Source: Macrostomum lignano
Taxonomy: Eukaryota
DNA: 64,000 nucleotides
NCBI GenBank assembly: GCA_002269645.1
Contig: NIVC01003745.1
Span: 15,156-79,155, forward strand
Direction: 5' to 3'
The notes below the pieces were generated by a model, which saw only the letters and a list, made by a program, of their open reading frames with translations, was not told the origin of the DNA and did not search any database. Position numbers and translations under genes: made by a program. Shown in pieces: positions 11,991 through 21,782 of the stretch; position 1 is the stretch's first letter, and every line of letters starts with the position of its first letter.

Positions 11991-12315
11991 CAGAGCGTTC
12001 CAAAGCTTGAGTCGATCTCAACTTCTCCAAGTCACTCAGAAATATTCTGTCAGTGCGTCAAGACAGACCTGAGTCGGAGCCCAGGTGCGCGGCGGCCAGC
12101 TCAGCGCAGAAAATGATGGCTATTAGCGAGGCTCGGTCCCGCTATTCGAATCCGCAGCTCGGTGGCTCAAGTAGGCATCAATCGAGCCTGATTGCGGAGC
12201 TCGAGGCTGCTTGAGGCTCACTGATTGCGGAGCCCCCGTCCTGATCGCATCTTCGCATCGAGGTGAATGAATAAATAGGCGGGCGCGGGCGGCGGCAGGG
12301 AGTTGCCGAGCTGTC

Positions 12316-15300
12316 ATGAGCTGCCTGAGTCCGTGGCCGCTGCTGCTGCTGCTGGCGCTGCTCCTGAGGCCGGGCTTGGCACAGCGCCAGCGGGTGCACC
12401 TGCTGTGCGTCACTACGGAAGGCAGCTTCAGCTGGCCCGACATTGAGTACATGGAGTTCTCTGCCAGCTACATTAACGGCAACCTGAGCCATCTGTTCCC
12501 CGGCTTTGAGCTCAACATCACCTATACTACTGCTGATGGGGTGAGGCTGCGGTGATTGTCGCATGATGCTTGTAGCTCTCATCCCGCAATCGTTGTTCTC
12601 AGGCTCCAGCTGCTTCAACTTCATCATGCCTTCGAGTGACAGTCTGAACAGTCAGGGGCCCAGCACTAGGGGTGCCGAGCCTGCTGTGAGAGGGGTCGGC
12701 ACACATTTCGTGAAGGAGCGCCACACCTGCTGTGAAGGGGCGCCAGACCTGCTGTGAAAGGGGCGCCACACCTGCTGTGAAGGGGCGCCACTCCTGCTGT
12801 GAAGGGGCGCCACACCTGCTGTGAAGGGGCGCCACACCTGCTGTGAGAGGGGTCGGCACAGATTTCGTGAAGGAGCGCCACACCTGCTGTGAAGGGGCGC
12901 CAGACCTGCTGTGAAAGGGGCGCCACACCTGCTGTGAAGGGGCGCCACTCCTGCTGTGAAGGGGCGCCACACCTGCTGTGAAGGAGCGCCACACCTGCTG
13001 TGAAGGGGCGCCACACCTGCTGTGAGAGGGGTCGGCACAGATTTCGTGAAGGAGCGCCACACCTGCTGTGAAGGGGCGCCACACCTGCTGTGAAGGGGCG
13101 CCACACCTGCTGTGAAGGGGCGCCACACCTGCTGTGAAGGGGCGCCACACCTGCTGTGAAGGGGCGCCACACCTGCTGTGAAGGGGGCGCCACACCTGCT
13201 GTGAAGGGGCGCCACTCCTGCTGTGAAGGGGCGCTACGCCAACCAAATTATCGAGTATTTCTGTATTTTCCCATCTCCGCAAAGCGAATGCGGTCGTAAA
13301 TAACTCGCTTACATTCTCCCACCCGCAGTTCGGGACGGGCAGCGCCGCGAAGGCCTTCATGGACGGCTACCTGCGGCCGCCCAACAAGGCACTGCTGCTT
13401 GGGGCCGCGTTCTCGCAGCAGTCACAAATCGTGGCGGACATCGCTCAGTATTACTACCTGCCGCAGGTGAGGCTCAGTATTAATTTACCTGCCGCAGGTG
13501 AGGCTCAGTATTAATTTACCTGCCGCAGGTGAGGCTCAGTATTAATTTACCTGCCGCAGGTGAGGCTCAGTATTACTACACTTATAAACAGTATTAATGT
13601 GCCTCGAGCCGCTATCACGGAAAAGAATTTGCCTCACATTCTTGTCTCGCTACTCAAATCTGTGACCCGAATTTCAGATCGGCTACTCGAATGTCTCGCC
13701 AACGCTGAGCGACCGGTCAAAGTACCCGTTCTACTTCCGCATGTCCGTCACATCCAGCCTGTTTGTGGATCCGACCATCGCCCTGCTGAAGCGCTACAAC
13801 TGGGAGCAGTTCGGCCTGCTCACCTCCGACTCGGACCTGGTGTACTCGGTGAGCTGATCCACCAACGGTTGCACAAAGGGGCGTAGGCACCCTGGCTTTG
13901 ACCTGACCTGGCCCAGTGCCGCCACCTTGTCTAGACTCAGCCACCTAGACCCAGCCACCTAGACTCAGCCACCTAGACTCAGCCACCTAGACTCAGCCAA
14001 CTAGACTCAACCACCTGGACCCAACCACCTAGACCCAGCCACCTAGACCCAGTGCAACCCAGACCCAGTGCAACCCAGACCCAGTGCAACCTAGACCCAG
14101 TGCAACCTAGACCCAGTGCAACCTAGACCCAGTGCAACCTAGACCCAGTGCAACCTAGACCCAGTGCAACCTAGACCCAGTGCAACCTAGACCCAGTGCA
14201 ACCTAGACCCAGCCACCAGACCCAGCCACCAGACCCAGCCACCAGACCCAGCCACCAGACCCAGCCACCAGACCCAGCCACCAGACCCAGCCACCAGACC
14301 CAGCCACCAGACCCAGCCACCAGACCCAGCCACCAGACCCAGCCACCAGACCCAGCCACCAGACCCAGCCACCAGACCCATGCTTGCCCTGAAGTGTCCA
14401 GTGCCCCGCCTGCTCACCGGCAGTCCACCGAGGATTTCGAGGCCGCGCTGATCAAGAACAACCTGACCTCGTACACGAAGATCATTTTCGGCAGCGACCC
14501 ACGAATGCGCTCAAAAGCGTGCTGGTGAGTCGAATCTGATGGAGCTGCTTTGAGCTGTTGAGAAGTTCAGCCTGACGTCCCCTTTCTCCCTGAGCTGCGG
14601 TTCCGTGCGACCCTTGCAGATGAACGACCTTCGCATCATGATTGTCATCCGCATGGCGACTACGGAAGCTGCTGGGAAAAGATTTGAATGCCTGGTGAGC
14701 AGCTCGAATACCTCCTGCTCTAGAATGAAAAATGACGCAACACCGAAATTGTTAAATGCTTTTTGTTTGTCTCCAACTGACCAACAAGTTTGAGAGTCAC
14801 AATTGTATTATTAAGAAATTCGAGATGCAGTGACGTTTCGAATTCGAAGTGACTCACAGCGAAAGTTCAGCAGATAACCTGAACAACTTTGAAGTCTTTC
14901 TCACTGCCATCTGGACTTGACCTTGAGCTGCTGATGGAATCCAAATTCAATTACAGCTGAAGTCAATGGGCCTCTATGGACCGAAGTACTTCCTCATCCA
15001 GATGGGGTTTCCGTACACCACCAGAGCATTTCCCGGCTCCTGCCCGGATGCTGACAGGGCGCAGAGTCTGGAGGGCTCCATCGAATTCGACAGCGCCGTT
15101 CTGGACCCGAGCATCATCGAGTCACGGATCGGCATTGCGGAGAAGGTGGGCAGCGCTTGGCTGAAAACAGAATTGCAGATGCAGGTTCCTTGCGCGCGAC
15201 ATACAGCTCATCATTAGCAGCCTCCCAACCCCTGCAGAACAGCATGCAGCTCATCATCATTAGCAGCCTCCCAATCCCTGCAGAACAGCATGCAGCTCAT

Positions 15301-17505
15301 CATCATTAGCAGCCTCCCAATCCCTGCAGAGCAGCATGCAGCTCATCATCATTAGCAGCCTCCCAATCCCTGCAGAACAGCATGCAGCTCATCATCATTA
15401 GCTGCCTCCCAATCCCTGCAGAACAGCATGCAGCTCATCATCATTAGCAGCCTCCCAATCCCTGCAGAACAGCATGCAGCTCATCATCATTAGCAGCCTC
15501 CCAATCCCTGCAGAACAGCATGCAGCTCATCATCATTAGCAGCCTCCCAATCCCTGCAGAACAGCATGCAGCTCATCATCATTAGCAGCCTCCCAATCCC
15601 TGCAGAACAGCATGCAGCTGTACCCTGATCTGCTGGCGATGTTTCCGTCTATCGCCTCCTCGGCGACAACGAAGGGTGTCGGCGGGTTCGACGTCCGGTT
15701 CGACTCGCTGATGAGCGCGGCGCTGGCCCTCAACGAGACGCTGCAGCGCTCTGAATACACGGAGGCCGTGCAGCTGGCGAACTCATCATTCAAGGCCGAG
15801 CTGTTCGCCAGTCTCACGCGGCTGGACTTCCTGGGACTGTCAGTGAGCTGTGTGACAGGTCTACTCGAGTTGCAAGCGGAAGCATGAGTCATAGGGAAAC
15901 TAATTGCGGAAGCATGAGTCATAGGGAAACTAATTGCGGAAGCATGAGTCATAGGGAAACTAATTGCGGAAGCATGAGTCATAGGGAAACTAATTCCGGA
16001 AGCATGAGTCATAGGGCCGTATGCAGAAAGCCTAGTCCAGACTAGCTAGTCCGGACTTGGGTAGTTCAGTCTATAGTCTATGGTCTAGCTACCCTAGCTC
16101 TGCTATAGTAGACTGGTCTAACTTTGTGTTTCTGCATACCAAATCCAAGTCCAGACTAGCTTTTCAAGACCGGACTACCCTAGACAGAGCTTTCTGCATA
16201 CGGCCCATAGGGAAACTAATTGCGGAAGCATGAGTCATAGGGAAACTATTTGCAGTAAACGAAACCAAATTCTCTCCTTCCAGAGCCGGGTGAAGTTCGA
16301 TGAGCGGGGCGACCGGTCATCAAAGGTGGAGTTCTACCAGCTGAGAAGTGCGCACTGCTGCTAAAATGAGGCGCTCGTTTCGAAATCGCATCCGCCATAG
16401 CATGTCCAGTTTTATTAATTTGCCCACCCTCAGACGTGACCCGAGATCTGGTGGCCAAGTACGACCCGATCAGCCGGAGGATCAGCTGGATCAAGGAACT
16501 CTGGTTTTCTGGTACGGCCGATTCCCCGAACTCTAACGAGTCTCTCAGCTCCCCACACTTTCCGACCCCTTCACCCACTTGGAACGAAACAGGCGGGAGT
16601 GGCTGTCAATTGTGACCTCAGTTGACCTGCCGGCTCACCTGATTCATTTGTTCAGGCGGCTCGCCTCCAGTCGACGAACCACAGGTGGAGATTCTCAGCC
16701 TGCTGATTGGAAGGCCGGCCGCCATCTCCATCATCTCAGTCTCCTCGCTGGGCATGGCTCTGTCTGTGGCGGCGGTCGCTGTGAACTTTCACTACAGGAA
16801 GCTGCGCCTCATCAAGATGAGCAGCCCGCTGGTGAACAATGTGATTGGCGCTGGCTGCCTCATGTGCTACGCCTCCTGCATTGTGATGGCCGCGAACTCG
16901 CAGTGGTCCACTAGCGCCTTGAAGTGCTGGGCGCAGACGGGTCTGCTGAACTTCGGCTACTCCGCCGCCTTCGGCGCCATGCTGGCGAAGACCTGGCGGG
17001 TGCACCGCATCTTCACCAACGTCAAGCTGCGCAAAATGGTTGGTGGAATGCAACGGGAGAGGCTGATGGGACAGAATTCGGAATAACTGGGTGCAAGATT
17101 TGAAGAAGGGAGGGAAGTGGGAGTGAGTGAAGCGAGAGTGAGTAAAGCAGGAGTGAGTGAAGCGGGAGTGAGTGAGACTGGGAGAGAGTGAAGTGGGAGA
17201 GAGTGAAGCGGGAGTGAGTGAGACTGGGAGAGAGTGAAGTGGGAGAGAGTGAAGCGGGAGAGAGTGAAGTGGGAGAGAGTGAAGCGGGAGAGAGTGAAGC
17301 GGGAGAGAGTGAAGCGGGAGCGAGTGAAGCGGGAGAGAGTGAAGCGGGAGCGAGTGAAGCGGGAGAGAGTGAAGCGGGAGCGAGTGAAGCGGGAGAGAGT
17401 GAAGCGGGAGAGAGTGAAGCGGGAGTGAGTGAAGCGGGAGTGAGTGAAGCGGGAGTGAGTGAAGCGGGAGTGAGTGACGTGGGAGACTGAAGTGAGAGAG
17501 ACTGA

Positions 17506-17587
<82 letters not shown>

Positions 17588-18970
17588 TGAGTGAAGCGGG
17601 AGTGAGTGAAGCGAGACTGGGAGTGAGTGAAGCAGGAGAGTGAAGCGGGAGCGAGTGGAGTGGGAGTAAGTGAAGCGGGGGCGAGTGAAGCGGGAGTGAG
17701 TGAAGCGGGGGCGAGTGGATTGGGAGTGAGTGAAGCGGGAGCGAGTGGAGTGGGAGTGAGTGAAGCGGGAGTGAGTGAAGCGGGGGTGAGTGAGACTGGG
17801 ACTGGGACAGACAAGGGCCATCCGCTTCCGCAGGCCATCAAGGACTCGCACCTGTTCGCGGTGATTCTGCTGCTGCTGGTCACTGACGCCATCGTCCTGA
17901 CCGCCTGGGGAATCGCGGACCCGCTCAAGATGCAGAGGGTTTTCCTGTCGTCAACCGTGAGTGCCAAGAGGTTTTCACTAAAGCCAAGGCTAACAACAGG
18001 TTGCTCATAATGAGTTCGAATGAATTTCCCAGGAGGCGGAGGACGGCACCGTGCGACGCCTGGAAGTTGCGAAGTGCGCATCGGAGCGGCTGAACGTGTG
18101 GCTCGGCGTTCTCATCGGCATCAAAGGTACATGCAAGCCATAGAGACAGCGCATAGCTCTTGACCTGCAGCCTGGCAAGGGCAGGGGGCGTCGCCATAGA
18201 TTTATAAGGTGGGAGGACAAAAGCAGAAGTTGGCGTCCACAGCACTGCAGGCGCGAGATTGAAATCAGCCTCATAGGCGGAGATTTGGCTCTTGTTAAAT
18301 GTACTCATAGCATGGTAGCTGAGTGCAGGTAGGTGTCAAGTTTTCGAATTAAGGCTATTGATACAAAGTTTAGAATTTTTTAGCTTTGGGAAGCTCTGCT
18401 GTCTGAATGTATGACCGCTGCATGACCGCTGCATGACAGGCCTAATGCTGGTGGTGGCGCTGATCTTCGCCTGGGAGACCCGCGGCGTTCAGCTGGAGGC
18501 GCTCAACGACTCCAAGACCATCGGAGTCTGTGTGTACAACACCACAGTGATGGGGCTGATCGGCGTGGCGCTGCTCTTCGTGCTGCCAGACTCCGGCCAG
18601 AACCTGCGCGTCATCTTGCTGGCGGCCTGCATCATCTTGTGCGCCACCACCACCCTGCTGCTGGTATTCGGCAGCAAGGTGAGGCCGCACGGGTGCTCAG
18701 TCTGGGACGACTCAACTCACTCTATCAGCTACATGTAACTCATGAGCTCTCTCCCTATCAGCTAGCTCCTCATGAGCTCTCTCTCTCTCTCTCTCTCTAT
18801 CAGCTAGCTCCTCATGAGCTCTCTCTCTCTCTATCAGCTAGCTCCTCATGAGCTCTCTCTCTATCAGCTAGCTCCTCATGAGCTCTCTCCCTATCAGCTA
18901 GCTCCTCATGAGCTCTCTCTCTATCAGCTAGCTCCTCATGAGCTCTCTCTCTATCAGCTAGCTCCTCATG

Positions 18971-19014
<44 letters not shown>

Positions 19015-19028
19015 GCTAGCTCCCCATG

Positions 19029-19064
<36 letters not shown>

Positions 19065-19168
19065 GCTAGCTCCTCATGAGCTCTCTCTCTATCAGCTAGC
19101 TCCTCATGAGCTCTCTCTCTATCAGCTAGCTCCTCATGAGCTCTCTCTCTATCAGCTAGCTCCTCATG

Positions 19169-19264
<96 letters not shown>

Positions 19265-19278
19265 GCTAGCTCCTCATG

Positions 19279-19316
<38 letters not shown>

Positions 19317-20369
19317 GCTAGCTTCTCATGAGCTCTCTCTCTCTCTCTATCAGCTAGCTTCTCATGAGCTCTCTCTCTCTATCTATCAGCTAGCTCCTCA
19401 TGAGCTCTCTCTCTCTCTCTATCAGCTAGCTCCTCATGAGCTCTCTCTCTATCAGCTAGCTTCTCATGAGCTCTCTCTCTATCAGCTAGCTTCTCATGAG
19501 CTCTCTCTCTCTCCCTATCAGCTAGCTCCTCATGAGCTCTCTCTCTATCAGCTAGCTCCTCATGAGCTCTCTCTCTATCAGCTAGCTCCTCATGAGCTCT
19601 CTCTCTATCAGCTAGCTCCTCATGAGCTCTCTCTCTCTCTCTATCAGCTAGCTCCTCATGAGCTCACTCTACCAGCTATACTAGCTCCTCATGAGCTCAA
19701 TTACCAGCTAGCTCCTCATGAGCTCACTTTACCAGCTAGCTCCTCATGAGCTCACTCTACCAGCTATACTAGCTTCTCATGAGCTCACTTTACCAGCTAT
19801 ACTAGCTCCTCATGAGCTCACTTTACCAGCTAGCTCCTCATGAGCTCACTCTGTACCAGCTAGCTCCTCATGAGCTCACTTTACCAGCTAGCTCCTCATG
19901 AGCTCACTTTACCAGCTAGCTCCTCATGAGCTCACTTTACCAGCTAGCTCCTCATGAGCTCACTTTACCAGCTAGCTCCTCATGAGCTCTCTCCCTACCA
20001 GCTAGCTCCTCATGAGCTCACTTTACCAGCTAGCTCCTCATGAGCTCACTTTACCAGCTAGCTCCTCATGAGCTCACTTTACCAGCTAGCTCCTCATGAG
20101 CTCACTCTGTACCAGCTAGCTCCTCATGAGCTCACTCTGCCAGCTTACTCCGGACTTGTTCTTCAGCACTAGAATTCAATCACGCGGCTGTCAGAATTTC
20201 AATTTCAGGAAAATGCTGTGCAATAATCAGTGTACGAGCACTGGCAGCAGCCTAACCCCGCCATCTTACACCGCAGGTCTACCTGCTGGCGAAGTTCGGG
20301 CCGGCAGTTGTTGAGAGAATGGCCGCCGCCCAAGGCTCGGTCGGTTTGGCCATGGCCAGCAGGCCGTGA
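12316..20369 (+). CDS. GABA-B-receptor-like class C GPCR (Venus flytrap domain plus 7TM)
   Basis: Exons 12316-12540, 13329-13466, 13678-13848, 14424-14524 (one base short), 14620-14694, 14957-15145, about 15607-15842, 16284-16347, 16434-16511, 16656-17038, 17834-17956, 18033-18126, 18440-18678, 20277-20369. Signal peptide present. GABA-B-family motifs: SPTLSDRSKYPFYFR, GGSPPVD, KLIKMSSP.VNN, AKTWRVHRIF, FAWETR.V..EALNDSK.IG..VYN. Seven hydrophobic segments. AATAAA lies about 26 nt after the stop. Confidence 0.85.
12676..13235. repeat. Intronic 22-bp minisatellite (CGCCACACCTGCTGTGAAGGGG) with a recurring longer variant block
   Basis: GPCR intron 1. The variant GAGAGGGGTCGGCACAGATTTCGTGAAGGAG recurs at about 180-bp spacing. 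Confidence 0.9.
13443..13575 (+). repeat. 31-bp tandem duplication of an exon end and splice donor
   Basis: CAG|GTGAGG occurs at 13467, 13498, 13529 and 13560. Confidence 0.9.
13932..14378. repeat. Three abutting related minisatellites (14, 16 and 13 bp; core AGACCCAG)
   Basis: CTAGACTCAGCCAC, then CTAGACCCAGTGCAAC, then CAGACCCAGCCAC, in GPCR intron 3. Confidence 0.9.
15208..15620 (+). repeat. 46-bp tandem array containing the splice acceptor and the first exon bases
   Basis: Unit CAGCCTCCCAATCCCTGCAGAACAGCATGCAGCTCATCATCATTAG, about 9 copies. The last copy runs into coding sequence (MQLYPD). Confidence 0.85.
15876..16246. repeat. 30-bp minisatellite (GCGGAAGCATGAGTCATAGGGAAACTAATT) interrupted by a MITE
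   Basis: Five units lie before the insertion at 16014-16206 and one lies after it. Confidence 0.9.
16014..16206. mobile_element. 193-bp MITE, probably PIF/Harbinger-type
   Basis: Perfect 18-bp TIRs GGGCCGTATGCAGAAAGC / GCTTTCTGCATACGGCCC. A 3-bp ATA duplication flanks both sides (16011-13, 16207-09). No coding capacity. Confidence 0.8.
17112..17795. repeat. GA-rich 15-bp minisatellite (GTGAAGCGGGAGAGA) with an internal (GA)n microsatellite
   Basis: Fills the GPCR intron 17039-17833. Confidence 0.9.
18722..20135. repeat. Minisatellite with core CAGCTAGCTCCTCATGAGCTC and variable (CT)n spacers
   Basis: Fills the last GPCR intron. The spacer switches from (CT)n-AT to ACTTTAC at about 19660. 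Confidence 0.9.
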
Positions 20370-20635
20370 TGCAAAGCAGCCGTATAAACAATGAAATAAA
20401 ACTATCTGAACTATGCTACTGGAATTTCAACAGCAAGCAGTAGTATGACGGACAAAATTAGCTAGTTTTCTGCACCACCTGCCCATAGCTGCATGCACTC
20501 TTACGAGCGTAGAATATAGATTTTAAACCCTTGCGTGGGAGCAATTCGTTGCGCAAGGCGGATTAAATACACAGGAGAGCTTTCCCTGCTTCTGGCTTGA
20601 CTCCGGCATACAGAAAAACTGACTGCCTTGCTGTA

Positions 20636-21012
20636 CTCACTGAAGCACTGAGGGGGGGGGGAGCAGCGGAGCTCACTGAAGCACTGAGGGGGGGGAGGGC
20701 TGCGGAGCTCACTGAAGCACTGGGGGAGGGCTGCGGAGCTCACTGAAGCACTGGGGGGAGGGCTGTGGAGCTCACTGAAGCACTGGGGGGAGGGCTGTGG
20801 AGCTCACTGAAGCACTGGGGGGAGGGCTGCGGAGCTCACTGAAGCACTGGGGGGGAGGGCTGCGGAGCTCACTGAAGCACTGTGGGGGGGGGCAGCGGAG
20901 CTCACTGAAGCACTGGGGGGAGGGCTGCGGAGCTCACTGAAGCACTGGGGGGAGGGCTGCGGAGCTCACTGAAGCACTGGGGGAGGGCTGCGGAGCTCAC
21001 TGAAGCACTGGG
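20636..21012. repeat. 31-32-bp minisatellite (GAGCTCACTGAAGCACTGGGGGGAGGGCTGCG)
   Basis: About 12 units between the convergent GPCR and USP 3' ends. Confidence 0.9.
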
Positions 21013-21035
21013 GCAGCAACAGCAGTCACTGAAAG

Positions 21036-21345
21036 TATAATAATAAATGATAACAATTCTAGCACACCTAGAAGGCAGATGTGCAACCGACAGCTCAACC
21101 GCAGCTATTACGCGGCGCATCTGAAGGCTGCGTACGGCTGTTCAGTCCAAGGACTGGTGGGTCGCCACACACACCCCTCTCGATTACCCCAGCTAATGCT
21201 GGCACCCATTTTACAGCTGGATGAAATGAAGCAATGCAGAGTTAATTGTCTTGCTCAAGGACACAAATTGTTCCAGTAAGATTTAGAATCGAACCCCCGA
21301 CCTGCAAGTCGTGAGTCGGACGCCCTGACCACTAGGCTACACCCC
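21036..21345 (-). mobile_element. tRNA-derived SINE with a CORE-like central domain and (ATT)n tail
   Basis: On the minus strand: A box TAGCCTAGTGG (21339-21329), B box GGTTCGATTC (21295-21286), then TGTGTCCTTGAGCAAGACAATTAAC...CAGCTGTAAAATGGG resembling the CORE/MIR domain, ending in ATCATTATTATTAT. Confidence 0.75.
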
Positions 21346-21782
21346 GTTAGAAAGTACGCAAAGACACGGGAGCAGAACGCTTACCAATTTTATCCTTAAG
21401 ATCACAAAATGTCACGGCGAAAAAAGACAATTACAGATCTTCGAATTTCATTCCACTTGTATAATTGACCGCATAAAAACCACCCAGATCTTTAATAAAG
21501 AGCAAACTCAGTGCTATTCAAAATATAGGAATCAAAGACGGGCACGGGAGCAGCACATCATGGCAAACATGCAGTGGGAGGGCAGGAAACAGACAGCAAT
21601 GCAAATGCGAGCCTGCACCCTGAATGGAGCATCGAGCTGGTCAAACGAATATTCTGAGCAGTCCGCGACCAGAATGACAGAGAAGGCTGACATGGCAATG
21701 AGGCACTCGGATTTACGAAATCAAATTTCATGTTACAATGCGCAGCAGTCACGAACGAAAGTGCATCAAGAACTCATGCTGG

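Noticed and set aside
11142-12116. Cys-rich metallothionein- or keratin-associated-like ORFs (PCCQCH repeats)
   Set aside because: They derive from a 20/21-bp minisatellite that is open in several frames on both strands, with no signal peptide or splice context.
12676-13235. Repeated CACCTG E-box in the GPCR intron 1 array (also 48820-49050)
   Set aside because: A 6-bp motif inside a 22-32 bp unit is easily explained by chance, and nothing else supports function.
21286-21345. Possible tRNA gene
   Set aside because: The A and B boxes run into a CORE-like domain and an (ATT)n tail without an acceptor stem, so it is treated as a SINE head.
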